Below, in pieces: positions 23,409 through 34,207 of a DNA stretch of 64,000 nucleotides. The notes under the pieces were generated by a model. It was not told the DNA's origin. It saw only the letters and a program-made list of their open reading frames with translations, and made no database searches. The translations under genes and the position numbers were made by a program. Source of the DNA: Minutocellus sp. GHC0000111. Taxonomy: Eukaryota. The stretch covers positions 4,092,001-4,156,000 of the forward strand of contig OZ361260.1 in the NCBI GenBank assembly GCA_977018835.1. The letters run 5' to 3'. Within the stretch, counting starts at the first letter, position 1. Every line of letters begins with the position of its first letter.

Positions 23409-23879
23409 GCTTTGACATTTTTTAAATTGATGCAGATCTAAATGTCTTTGTTCTTCGCAGTTTGTGCTGGGTCTCGATCCCGCCGTGTGCAGCTTCGTTT
23501 ACAGCGATCCGAGGCAAAGGCAACGCAAGAGAACGCGAGGTACAGGCGACAAAAGAAATAATCTATGGTCGCAGCCAATGCGCCAACGTGTGATCCTTCA
23601 CATACACGGGCCTCCTCCGGCTTGAAGTTGCTTGCTTCGATAAAATGTCTCCACCGTGGGCGCAATCTTCTTCGGACTTTCTCGACACAGAAACGACGGC
23701 CAGACCTGCAGACCATAGAGCATGCGACTCCTCAATCGAAGTTTCTGGGTACCGTAGCCTCAACTCTTAAATTAGAGGAGTACTTATCGGCGACGGAAAG
23801 ACGGAAAGACGAATTTCCCCTGGTCCGTCCAGATTTCTCGGCAGTCGCATTATTACGATTACTGCCTGGCAATGGCAAG

Positions 23880-25265
23880 ATGACAAGGCAAAGTAAGACG
23901 ATGATCAATCTGCACCGTTCTTGCCACCACTCGGCGCTTGTATTGCTCGTATTGATAAGCCTTTGCAGCACATGTGAGGCATTCACAAGCGTTGTGCTTC
24001 AGAAATCATCATCATCAACATCCTCATGTATCTTCCAAAGTAGCGTTGCAGCACCAGCTGAAAGCGACGAAGACGACGACGAAACCGATCCCTGGGTCCT
24101 GCGATCGGTAACCTTCGCCTGCCTCGACGGGTCGCCGTCCAGTCCTGATCCGCAATTGCTGGCCGACTACCTCATGGAAATGGGCGCGTGCAGCACGGCC
24201 ATTACCGACCATGATCGCGACACCGACAAGGAGACCCCCATCTTTCGCGAACCCGGTGAGGATGTCGACTTTGACAACGAGGATTGGTCGACCGCCGAAA
24301 CAGCATTTAATGCCAAAAATCAGCAAAAGGCGGCTTTGATCTGTGGCGACGCGGCAGTGGGCACCAACGTTTGGAATCGATGCGACGTGACGGCCCACAT
24401 ACCCGCCATGATGGACATTGTGCAGCTGGCCGAGGGGATACGGACGGCGTTTGAGTTGGCGTCGGTGCCGCGATATACGGTGGATGAGATTCCCGACGTG
24501 GATTGGGTGGTCAAGGTCCAAAGTGCATGGAAGCCCATTGTTGCGCATGGATTTGTGTTGAGATTTCCCTGGCATAAAGAAGAGGATGTCAACGAAGCGA
24601 TTGACAATTGCGACGATGACCTCCCGCTAGATGAATATGCCACCATTACACTGCAGGGTGGCATTGCATTTGGAACTGGTGAGCATCCTACGACACGCCT
24701 CTGCCTCAAATTTCTAAAGGATATCTTGACGATTGATGGCGAGAAAGAGAGTGATGAGGAAAGTCCAACGGTCAGAAAACTGCTTGATTATGGAAGCGGA
24801 TCTGGCGTTCTGGGGCTCGCAGCGTGCTCCCTGTCGCCGGGTCTATCGGCGGTGGGCATCGATATCGATGCCGATGCCGTGGCGATTGCCAATGCCAATG
24901 CGGAAATCAACGGGCTTTCCATGGTATCGTATCTTCCTGCGCAAAAGGTGATTGACAATGGAGATGCAGAGAGTGCATCGGTCATGATGCGCGGTGCGGC
25001 AGCGAACGCGGTCGAGACACTTCCTTCTGATCTCGACGGACCAATCTTTGATGCATGCGCCGCCAACATACTGGCGGGACCATTGATTGGACTTGCCTCG
25101 ACACTTGCGGGCATGGTCAAACGCGGTGGAAAGATTGGGCTGAGTGGCATCTTGGAGGCTCAGGCGCAGAATGTAGTCACTGCTTATTCGGAATTCTTCG
25201 AGGATGTCGAAGTGGCGGGCAGCGAGGGTGGCTGGGTCCTTATTACTGGCAGAAAAGCAAATTAG
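23880..25265 (+). CDS. prmA: Ribosomal protein L11 methyltransferase, probably plastid-targeted
   Basis: GIAFGTGEHPTTRLCL, LDYGSGSGVL, AANILAGPL and LSGIL; signal peptide ending CEA-F. Confidence 0.92.
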   Translation: MTRQSKTMINLHRSCHHSALVLLVLISLCSTCEAFTSVVLQKSSSSTSSCIFQSSVAAPAESDEDDDETDPWVLRSVTFACLDGSPSSPDPQLLADYLMEMGACSTAITDHDRDTDKETPIFREPGEDVDFDNEDWSTAETAFNAKNQQKAALICGDAAVGTNVWNRCDVTAHIPAMMDIVQLAEGIRTAFELASVPRYTVDEIPDVDWVVKVQSAWKPIVAHGFVLRFPWHKEEDVNEAIDNCDDDLPLDEYATITLQGGIAFGTGEHPTTRLCLKFLKDILTIDGEKESDEESPTVRKLLDYGSGSGVLGLAACSLSPGLSAVGIDIDADAVAIANANAEINGLSMVSYLPAQKVIDNGDAESASVMMRGAAANAVETLPSDLDGPIFDACAANILAGPLIGLASTLAGMVKRGGKIGLSGILEAQAQNVVTAYSEFFEDVEVAGSEGGWVLITGRKAN

Positions 25266-25662
25266 TGCGACGATAAGGTTAACGTTAGTCCTTTATTATA
25301 AGCTGAAGCATTTACTACCAAAATACACTGGAATCGGAGCGATTTTTCTCCACTTTCCTCTGATCCCCTCTTGACGCCATCCACCGACGGCAATGAGAGG
25401 ATCAGCAGGGATTTGAAGGTGGATTGTTGTAAGTTTTATCAATCCGACTGCCGATTTTATGCTGTCGATCGACCATGTTGATGCATAGGATTGTGGAAAA
25501 GGCATCCATTGTTGAAATGAACACCAACAACTTCGATTAGCGTCGATGCGGGAAAATATGTGCTGGTGGAGGATTTCGTCCCTCAATTGGACTTGTCGGT
25601 GCTGATGGTGTTGGCATTCGGACAGTTTCCATGAATCCATTAGTTGTACAAGCCACCTACAT

Positions 25663-26020
25663 TCTATTCTATTCTATTACAGTCCGTCCCCAGCAATAAG
25701 AATATTGGTACTTTTGCTAAGCCCTCAATATTCTTATTTTAGAATAAGGAAATAGCAAGCCGGCTGCAATGCTTATACTAAGAAATTAATATTAGAATAA
25801 GCATAAAGTCCAAAATCTGAGCCCTCAGATAAGAATGTTCAATGTTCGTTCTTATCGCTGGGGACGGACTGTAGACTACCAAAGTTTATGCGGGCATGAG
25901 AAAGAAGACGAGTCTGGCTTATCTTCGTGTGATCTGCTAGGCAGTGATGCTGGCACCGTGCCCCCGAACGGCCCACTACATTGACCCCGATCGGATGTCG
26001 TGAGCCAGGACAGGGAAACG
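25663..26020 (-). mobile_element. Short insertion, probably a 5'-truncated non-LTR retroposon, with 14-bp TSD and microsatellite tail
   Basis: CAAGCCACCTACAT at 25649-25662 and 26021-26034; (ATTCT)3 at the left edge. Confidence 0.55.
25680..25871. mobile_element. 192-bp Tc1/mariner-type MITE
   Basis: 23-bp TIR CAGTCCGTCCCCAGCRATAAGAA (22/23 match), TA on both sides, AT-rich interior. Confidence 0.88.
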
Positions 26021-26975
26021 CAAGCCACCTACATGCACAGAGGCGTTGGAAATTGCCTGGTGGTGAAGAACGGGGGAGCAGGTGTCATGTCTTCTTGGCA
26101 CACATGGAACATCTTGATGAACCGGCCGGGCTGGAAGCGTTGGCCCCTCGAATCCCAGACATAATGAAATCGACACTGTTCGTCCCATGCGTGGAAACTT
26201 GCGAGCACCCCCACGCCCATGCCGCCTCCTAGCACGGTGTGTCTTTTTCGACGTTTTTGATGAGAGTGTTTCACTGGGTTGCTGCGGCGAGTGATGGGCG
26301 TGAATTTATTGTTTGTGTTCAATTTTTATGGGGCCTTCAGCAAAATTGCCGGAGGCCAACCTTGCTGAGAGAGGACGATGATAGATTGGCATGCCGATGC
26401 AACCAAGAGTGTTCTATTTGCCTTACTTAGTTCTCGATCGAAAATCGATATGGAAATCGAGAAAATCATTACCCCGAAGACCCGACTGAAGAACCTTCAC
26501 CATACTTTCTAATTTACCACAAGGTGACGTATTGGATTCTCTCAAAAAGGCCTGACGGCCTGATGAGCGGAACGATGACCACCCCATTTTGTCGCTGCCG
26601 CTGTGTTCCGTACTGTACTGTTCAACCACGCGTGCCATCACAGGCGCAAGCTCTCGCGCAGCGCATTCTACTCCAGATAATAGCGAAGCGACCCAGGTAC
26701 AATAGCTTGTTGCGGTATCTTCCCGAAAGGCAACCAACATATCGCAACTTGTGTCGGCACTTGAAGTGACACCCGACCCATCACACTCCGGTTACGCGTA
26801 CTTGGCACTTGCTCTTGATACTGTCGATTGCTCGGTTCGGCTCAAAGAAGTACGCTTTTACCGGCAGGCGGGCTCCAATCTTTGAAGCCCGCTAAAACGC
26901 ACACTCGCAATAGCCCCAAAACTTGGCACAGCTTGTGTCTCGTAATCAAGCACCAATAGCAGCGCCAGCAGCACC

Positions 26976-28108
26976 ATGGGAAATCAGCCGTCGTCGGGGT
27001 CCGTGCCAGGCGCCGGCCCGGCAATCAGATACCGGGAGCGGCCGGCCAGGGCGGCCGACAGGGCGGATATCCCGGCGCCGGCGGACCGGCGGAAATGGGC
27101 TACGCCACGGCGAGCGCCGGATATGGCCAGCAACAACAACAGCAGCAGTACGGAGGGCAGCAGCAGCAGTCGCCGTACGGCGGATCACCGCAGGGCCAGG
27201 CGCAGCAATACGGCGGAGGGGCCGGCGGACAGATGAAGCCCGGCGGCAATGGAATGGTGCAGCAACAACACCCGGGCGGCGGCGGAGAGGCCATGTCGAT
27301 GGACACCGACGCGGCACAACAACCGCAGCAGGGGTCGGGCGGCGGACAGCCTGTGGATCTAGCCACCCTGTCGCAAATTCACGACGACGACACGGTCCCC
27401 ACCGTCTTCCGATGGGAGCACGGGGGGCGGCAGGTGTACATAACGGGCACGTTCAACGGCTGGTCCCGACAAATCCCCATGCACCGGTCGGGCAACGACT
27501 TCACCTACATCCACAACCTGAAGCGGGGGAAGCACGCCTTCAAGTTCATCGTCGACGACGAGTGGCGCTTCGCCCCGGACCAACCGACGGTGGCCGACAT
27601 CGAGGGGCGGATCAACAACTTCATCGACGTTACCGACTTCAAGGCCTACACCGGAGACAAGGACTTTGAGCGAGAACGCAACGCGGCCGAGTGCGGGGTG
27701 GGGACCAAGGTCCCGCCGCGCGGAGTTCCCGGAGCGCCCAAGGCAGACCACGGAGCCGAGCCGGACATCCCCCCGCCGCCGGGCACCATCGGCCCGGACG
27801 GGGACCCGGTAATGCCAGGCGATCCCAACCAACCCCTCAAGGATCCCGACGGCGAGACCTTCACCCAGGCCGTCCCCGACCTCGACGAATACACCAAGGA
27901 ACCCCCACCGCTGCCGCCACATTTGCGGCACATCATCCTCAACAAGCCTCCGCAGCTGCAGGACACGGCCGCCCTTCCGGTGCCGCAGCACGTGGCCCTC
28001 AACCATCTGTACTGCACGGCCATCAAGGATAACATGATGGTCCTGGGCATCACCCAACGGTACAAGACCAAGTTCGTTACTACCGTGTATTACTCTCCCT
28101 GCAGCTAG
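26976..28108 (+). CDS. PRKAB: AMPK/SNF1 beta subunit, with an apparent 1-bp deletion near 27018
   Basis: MGNQPSS myristoylation start; CBM48 (PTVFRWEHGG..VYITGTFNGW, FKFIVDDEW); ASC domain (PPPLPPHL, HVALNHLY, RYKTKFVTTVYY). Confidence 0.93.
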
Positions 28109-28431
28109 CTCGCTAGCTAGAGCCAGAGCAGCTCTAGCTTTGCCTTTCCAGTCCAGCTCTAGCCAACGTAACTACGTAGCTCCTGACCGGGACTCCTCAC
28201 AGTCTACCACGGAGCATTGATATGTAGGAGCGCGCATTTTGGATGCAATCGGTCGTGATGTACAGATCTATTGGAAGGAAGTTTTTTTAGTGTTTATATT
28301 CTTTGCTACTTATGCTGAAGAAAGAAAGCTAAGGTCCCACTGTATCAATTAACAAAGGTATTAAATCCATATTATTTTTCACAATGAGGCGTATCTTCTG
28401 ATGTAAATCGCATAAGGGGGGGGCTCCTGTC

Positions 28432-29217
28432 TCAATGCAGCTTCCTCAACCGATCCAACAGCTCGTCTCGAGTTCCACCCTTCTTCATGATCTTGAAAGT
28501 CTTGCACTTCTCTCTGTGTCGCGGCCAGTCCGCTCGCTGACAATCCTTATTACAATAGAGAGGGGCCTCGCGACTCTCCTTGCAGTCCATGCAAACCTTT
28601 AGGCTGGGCGGCCGAGCACCGCACTTGGCACATTTGGACAGCTTGGGATGTCGCATACCCCACTTCCAGTGCCACAGGGTGTCGTCTTCTTCGTCGTACT
28701 TCCATATGCCTCTAGTATAGAGGAACGACGAAAATATAACCTGGTCGACATTGTAATCGACACTTCCAGCGGATGTCAGGGCCTTGCAGAAACCTGATTC
28801 ATCATCATTGCCTCTCTTGACGAGATCCTTCTGTCGATCGTTCAACTTTGGACTTGCCTTGAGCTTGGTCCTCAAAGTTTCGCCAGATACTGGCGATCCA
28901 TCCGGCCCGGGACCAATGTCCAGTAGCACATCTTCAATAAGCGGCAGCCAAAAGGGTTTAAAGTAGGCCACGTCCCTGGACGACGTCCAACAAGAAACAG
29001 GCCTCTCGCAGAGAGGGCAGCCGGATCGGGGACCGAATCCTCCGAACCCGAATCTTTTCCCATCGGCGTTGAGTGCATTTCCAGTCGAGGCCAGACAATC
29101 GGAATGGATCAGATGGTTGCACATGATCTTGGCCACTTCTTCTTCCGCGATGCCATCCTCGTTGAATAGATCTTCCAGGCATACGGGGCACTGCTGCGTG
29201 AAGCTTCGGTCCGTCAT
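28432..29217 (-). CDS. RING finger + MYND zinc finger protein
   Basis: CPVC...CNHLIHSDC...CPLC and CAKC...CMDC...YCNKDCQRADWPRHREKC. Confidence 0.85.
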   Translation of the reverse strand: MTDRSFTQQCPVCLEDLFNEDGIAEEEVAKIMCNHLIHSDCLASTGNALNADGKRFGFGGFGPRSGCPLCERPVSCWTSSRDVAYFKPFWLPLIEDVLLDIGPGPDGSPVSGETLRTKLKASPKLNDRQKDLVKRGNDDESGFCKALTSAGSVDYNVDQVIFSSFLYTRGIWKYDEEDDTLWHWKWGMRHPKLSKCAKCGARPPSLKVCMDCKESREAPLYCNKDCQRADWPRHREKCKTFKIMKKGGTRDELLDRLRKLH

Positions 29218-29398
29218 GTTTCATGGAGGAGGTTGCAAGGTTTGATTTTTGACATCTCCGTCTCTGCCGTTTGGACTCATAACCCTTTTTATTTTTCCCG
29301 AAAAGAACCCGGATTGCCAGCTCACATTGCATGGTTTTTCGCCATGACGAAGCCACAATCCAAAGAAATCCACCAGTAAAAGCAACCCAAACGAAACC

Positions 29399-30165
29399 AT
29401 GGGAGTAAGTATCTTGCGTTGAAACCATTGCTTGATTATCTGTCGTATCAATCGCCGTGACATTTTATCGCGATAAGTGTATCTTTTGCGTGTTTTTGAT
29501 ATCAAGCCACGAAAAATTGCCGTGCCGGTGTGGGATCGATTCGATTCATCGGCATTCTGCAATATTTATGTGCACGACTTATGCCGGACAGCACTGTTGC
29601 ATCACGCTGACAAAGTATTGCGATGTATTTTTATCTCACTCTGCAACTTACGTGCCCACTCATTTCTTTCTTTTCTCCCTCAGCGTTCACGACGAGGAGG
29701 CGGAGGCGGATCGATGTTCGGCCGCAAGCCCGCTGCCCGGACCGCCGCCCGGCCTGCGGCACCCGCCCGAAGCCCGCCCCGGCTGCCACCCCCGCCCCCC
29801 AGGCCGCCGCTCCTCCCGCCGTTCCCCAGCAGCAGTCCGGCGGTATGCTCTCCGGCATCGGCTCGACCATCGCCCAGGGCATGGCCTTCGGTACCGGCTC
29901 CGCCATCGCCCATCGCGCCGTCGGTACCGCCGCCGGCGCCCTGTCCGGCGGCAGTGACGAGGCCGCCACTCCCGTCGAGTATGCTGCCCCCGCCGAGCAG
30001 CAGGCCGCCGCTCCCGCCGCCGGCCTCGAGGGACCCTGCGCCCAGGACAAGCAGATGTTCTACGAATGCCTCCAGGTCAACAAGGGCGACCAGGAGGCCT
30101 GCCGCTTCCTCTACGAGACCCTCCAGACCTGCACCCGCGAGCAGAGCTCCATGAACTTTAGCTAA
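29399..30165 (+). CDS. CHCHD2: CHCHD2/CHCHD10/Mix17-family protein; 6-nt first coding exon, intron 29405-29683, apparent 1-bp deletion near 29768
   Basis: ATGGGA|GTAAGT...CCCTCAG|CGTTCA; GSTIAQGMAFGTGSAIAHRAV and twin CX9C. Confidence 0.88.
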
Positions 30166-31131
30166 ATGACAAGGGAGGAGGGACTTGATAACATCGCAAT
30201 GTTGTTTTGGTTTCTTCGTCGGAAGTAAAAGTCCCATTTGAAAACAGGATATATAGAGGCGTTGATGATGTGAGGAGGTGATTGTTCAACATAGAGGGAG
30301 AAAGAGTGATAGATAGAGATGCTATTTTTTTGGCCGCGGGTCGCATCGCAGAGGCTGAGGAATGAGGCAGCAAGAAGAAGTTCACTGTGAAATAGACGGA
30401 GGAGAGATTTGCAGAATCAGTGGCAGCAGGTGTTACCGCCTGGAGTCAAGAATGCAAGTTCATTGATTGATTGGTGGTGGTGTGGTCCGTCCATGAAACA
30501 GGCAGGATATTTTTTGGTAGATCTAGTGCACGGTGTGCATAAGATCTAGCTACAGATGTAGATCTAATACCGGTAAAACCTGATTGCTGACCAAACGCAA
30601 CTGCATGGTTCTGTGAATCCTAAAAATGCATCGAATCCACATGGGTCTATACCGTACCGGTACGTAGATGCATAGACGTGCACAGCGAGGGCTCACCAAG
30701 CGTGCCGCCAGCCAGCCTGCAGCCAACCGCCGCCACCCAACCGGTCTGACCGACGCGACTAAAAAACGACCACCTTGAGTGCTTCCACGTGTAGATTTTT
30801 CCGGCGGCCTTTCGGAAATTTCGACCGAGAGAGCTGTGCAACATGGGGGTGTTTGTGTGCACAAATTGAAACTCAACAAGTAGGACGGTGAAATGACAAT
30901 GACTTGGATGCAGACCCATAATTTTGACCAAACTTTTGAATTTTTATTCTCAGTTCAGAAGCCTACCAATTGGTAAGACGTGTTAGTGTGCTGGCGGACA
31001 TGCAAACAGGCCAAAAAGACAGCTCAAAACTTCCGCCGAAGTTGCCAATTTGCCAATTGCTATCTCAATCTCCATGCTTAGTAGACCTGCTGCTAGATCT
31101 AGTCCGCCACTTGCGAATTCTTGTTGGAACA

Positions 31132-31791
31132 ATGACCGCACCAATTGAGCAAAATGCCGGCGATTCATCCCCACTGGCAAGCAGTGACGAGATTCAAGAC
31201 GCGACGCTTGCCGAGGTCTTGGAGCGGAGCAACCTCCTCTTGGGCGCCCTCCGTCTCTCGGACAGTCCATCAGACAGTCCTGCCGGCACTTCTGCCACGA
31301 GCAACAACACCCTGCTCCGGCGCCACCGACGCCCGGGGGAGGTGGAAGAGGCAAAAGAAGATGGCGAGGCCCAGGAAACAACGCAAACGGACACTGCTCT
31401 CCTGCCACCGCCGGAACTTCAACCACCCCGTCAGCAGCAGTGCCGGATAACCCAGGACAACCACCCAACCCCAATGACCCTCATCCAAGCAGCGACAGTG
31501 AGACAACGGGCCCGTTCTACGTTGATCTCATCGACGAAGACGATCAGCAACAACGACGGCCAATGCACCGCCGCCGCCGCCCACGCAGCAGGGAACGAAG
31601 TGACGATGTCATGGCAGTTGCTCAGGAAAGCAACGCGGCCGATGGCGGAGACGCTGCTACGGCCACTACCGGCATGTCCGCCACGGAGCTCCTCGCACCA
31701 AGAGTCTCCGAGAGGCACGCGTCGGCGTTCCACCCAAACATTGTGGCCCAAGTGTGCCTCTTGGAGGAACAAGAAGGGACTCTGCCGCGGC

Positions 31792-31846
<55 letters not shown>

Positions 31847-31892
31847 CGGTCCCAACCGGAGGATCAACACAAGAGGCGCCAGAGGCGCATGA
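31132..31892 (+). pseudogene. Frameshifted duplicate of the low-complexity ORF at 43354-44236
   Basis: Same sequence as 43354-44236, with a frame change near 31400 and (AAC)18. Confidence 0.45.
31794..31847 (+). repeat. (AAC)18 microsatellite
   Basis: Perfect trinucleotide tract. Confidence 0.97.
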
Positions 31893-32034
31893 TCAACGAG
31901 CGTCAAGGACACTAAACCAATGCATTCAGGGCAACTAGTGCATTGATGCATTAGAATTCTTCACATTGCCAGGTGCATAAAAGAGACGTTGTTACGTGTA
32001 GGGTCACCACATGTTTCTTATGTGTAACAAATGC

Positions 32035-33886
32035 TTGTCAACACCTGACCCCCATTGTCAAGTTGTCAAGGAGAGTTGACACCTTCTTGGCCATTCCTCC
32101 TCGGTTTGGAATGTTTGTAGAGCTCACAATTCGAGCAAGTGCATCTTAGTGAAGCCAAATGAATAAAAACAACTCTTACAGTATTTATCCTATTTCACAG
32201 TGAACTCCAGCAGTCAACGCATCTAGGCTTGTGCATTGCGATGTCATCAAGTCCCTCCTCCCTTGTCATTTAGCTAAAGTTCATGGAGCTCTGCTCGCGG
32301 GTGCAGGTCTGGAGGAAGCATGATAACACAAACAACAGCGGTGCGGAAGTGCTGGTGTTCCATCTTTGTTCGGTCGATGCTGTTGCTTCGAATGAGAAGA
32401 TGTGGTTGGGGTTGTTCTTTGATGATTGCTTGATTTGTTTTTCATGATGTTGTCTGTACGCCGCCCCACCAAATGACGAAGAGTTGGCCGCTTACTTGCT
32501 TGACGAAGCGAGTGATGAACACTGGCGGAAGAGTGCGGCGATTGAGGCAGTCTGCAACTCTGAGCAAAGTCCATTCCATTTAGCACAATGCCACTCAAGC
32601 CCTTCTCGTTGACGCATGTTGTCTATTCGAGCGATGACGCACTGGGTCCATTCTGGGCCCTCCTTTCGCTGTCTCCGCCCTTTTGCGTGGTGTCCCTGAC
32701 GACAATGATTGCAGTGGGCAGAGATTTGCGAGCCGCCTTTGTGCTGGTGGTAGGGCTAATCGTTACATCGATCATTAGCACGATCCTCAAGAAAGTAATT
32801 GACCACAAGCGTCCTGGTCATGTCTTTGGCTCTGCCAATGCCGGCGATGACGAAGGGCAAAGCAGCGATGACGCTCTTAAAAGTAGCCTGCTACATGTGC
32901 CATAAGTCAGGAGGAGGGGATGCCATCGAATCATGCTGCATTTGTTGCATTTGCGGCAGCGTTTGCATTGCTGTTTGCGATACGAAGATGCGACAAAATG
33001 CAAGGATCAGTGATTGCCAAATCAATCAAACGGTGGGCGCCGCCAATCGGAGCTTGGGCCATCGCTGTTGGATGCTCCTACTCAAGAGTCCATCTGGGAT
33101 GTCACACGCCGAATCAGGTTTGTGCTGGATTTGCCCTTGGTTGTGCGTTGGGATGCTTTTGGTATAGACTTTATGAAACAGCACATATGAACAACATGTC
33201 AAAGCTCGAAGAAATTCTCACGCCATTCGACTTTCGGTCGCCACACGAGGTTGGTGATTTGGCAGCAGAACGACGAAAGGGACTCGATGCTAGGAGGAAA
33301 CTAAATGCCCAACGTAAGAGTGGATGGAAAAGGAAGTGATTTCTTAAAAGAAACCACAGGCAATGGCATCATGAACCCCGATAATGGAAGAGAGCATGGT
33401 GCTCATCACTCGCTTCGTCAAGCAAGTAAGCGGCCAACTCTTCGTCATTTGGTGGGGCGGCGTACAGACAACATCATGAAAAACAAATCAAGCAATCATC
33501 AAAGAACAACCCCAACCACATCTTCTCATTCGAAGCAACAGCATCGACCGAACAAAGATGGAACACCAGCACTTCCGCACCGCTGTTGTTTGTGTTATCA
33601 TGCTTCCTCCAGACCTGCACCCGCGAGCAGAGCTCCATGAACTTTAGCTAAATGACAAGGGAGGAGGGACTTGATGACATCGCAATGCACAAGCCTAGAT
33701 GCGTTGACTGCTGGAGTTCACTGTGAAATAGGATAAATACTGTAAGAGTTGTTTTTATTCATTTGGCTTCACTAAGATGCACTTGCTCGAATTGTGAGCT
33801 CTACAAATATTCCAAACCGAGGAGGAATGGCCAAGAAGGTGTCAACTCTCCTTGACAACTTGACAATGGGGGTCAGGTGTTGACAA
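32035..33886. repeat. Inverted repeat with ~480-bp arms (32035-~32517 and ~33403-33886) around a DOLPP1 copy
   Basis: Each arm contains 200 bp of LTR, the CHCHD2 tail and the 45287-45488 segment. Confidence 0.9.
32588..33339 (+). pseudogene. DOLPP1: Disrupted inverted duplicate of dolichyldiphosphatase
   Basis: Near-identical to 44464-45216, but with a stop/frameshift at ~32903. Confidence 0.8.
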
Positions 33887-34155
33887 TGGGGTGTGACATC
33901 CCATGTCAACCAGACCTCTTGACGCCGAGAGCTATTCTATTCCTAAGGCTTAATTAATCCAATGATGTTCTTGTAGCCTATCTCTATCAGATGGCATCTG
34001 TTCTAGACATGCCCTCCGGGCTATAGATCTAGTCCTACACAAGTAAAGGCTTTAAGCTTCTAAGAATCCGGATCAATTATTTATCACAAAGGTCTGTCTG
34101 TCAACGGAAGTATGGATTATCGGTTGACGGACGGACCATCTCTCGTGCTATTGCA
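33686..34155 (-). repeat. 3' LTR (470 bp, TGCA...TGCA)
   Basis: Direct repeat of 41957-42417. Confidence 0.92.
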
Positions 34156-34207
34156 CACGCCTCCTTCTTCGAAGCTTAAAGCACTTTGAAGCTCATGTAA
34201 ACATGTA

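Larger units (their letters stand above)
25380..26600 (-). mobile_element. Decayed relic homologous to the interior of the TIR element at 34208-36935 (inverted); ends approximate
   Basis: HQDVPCVPRRHDTCSPVLHHQAISNA, SIKSAVG and FLDFHIDF blocks match 36.25-36.33 kb, 36.54 kb and 35.65 kb, mostly with third-position differences. Confidence 0.65.
30120..32034 (+). repeat. Segmental duplication copy 1; copy 2 is 33607-33685 plus 42418-~44377, split by the LTR element
   Basis: Colinear near-identical sequence, including the empty LTR target site ACATCGCAATGTTG at ~30191-30204. Confidence 0.92.
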
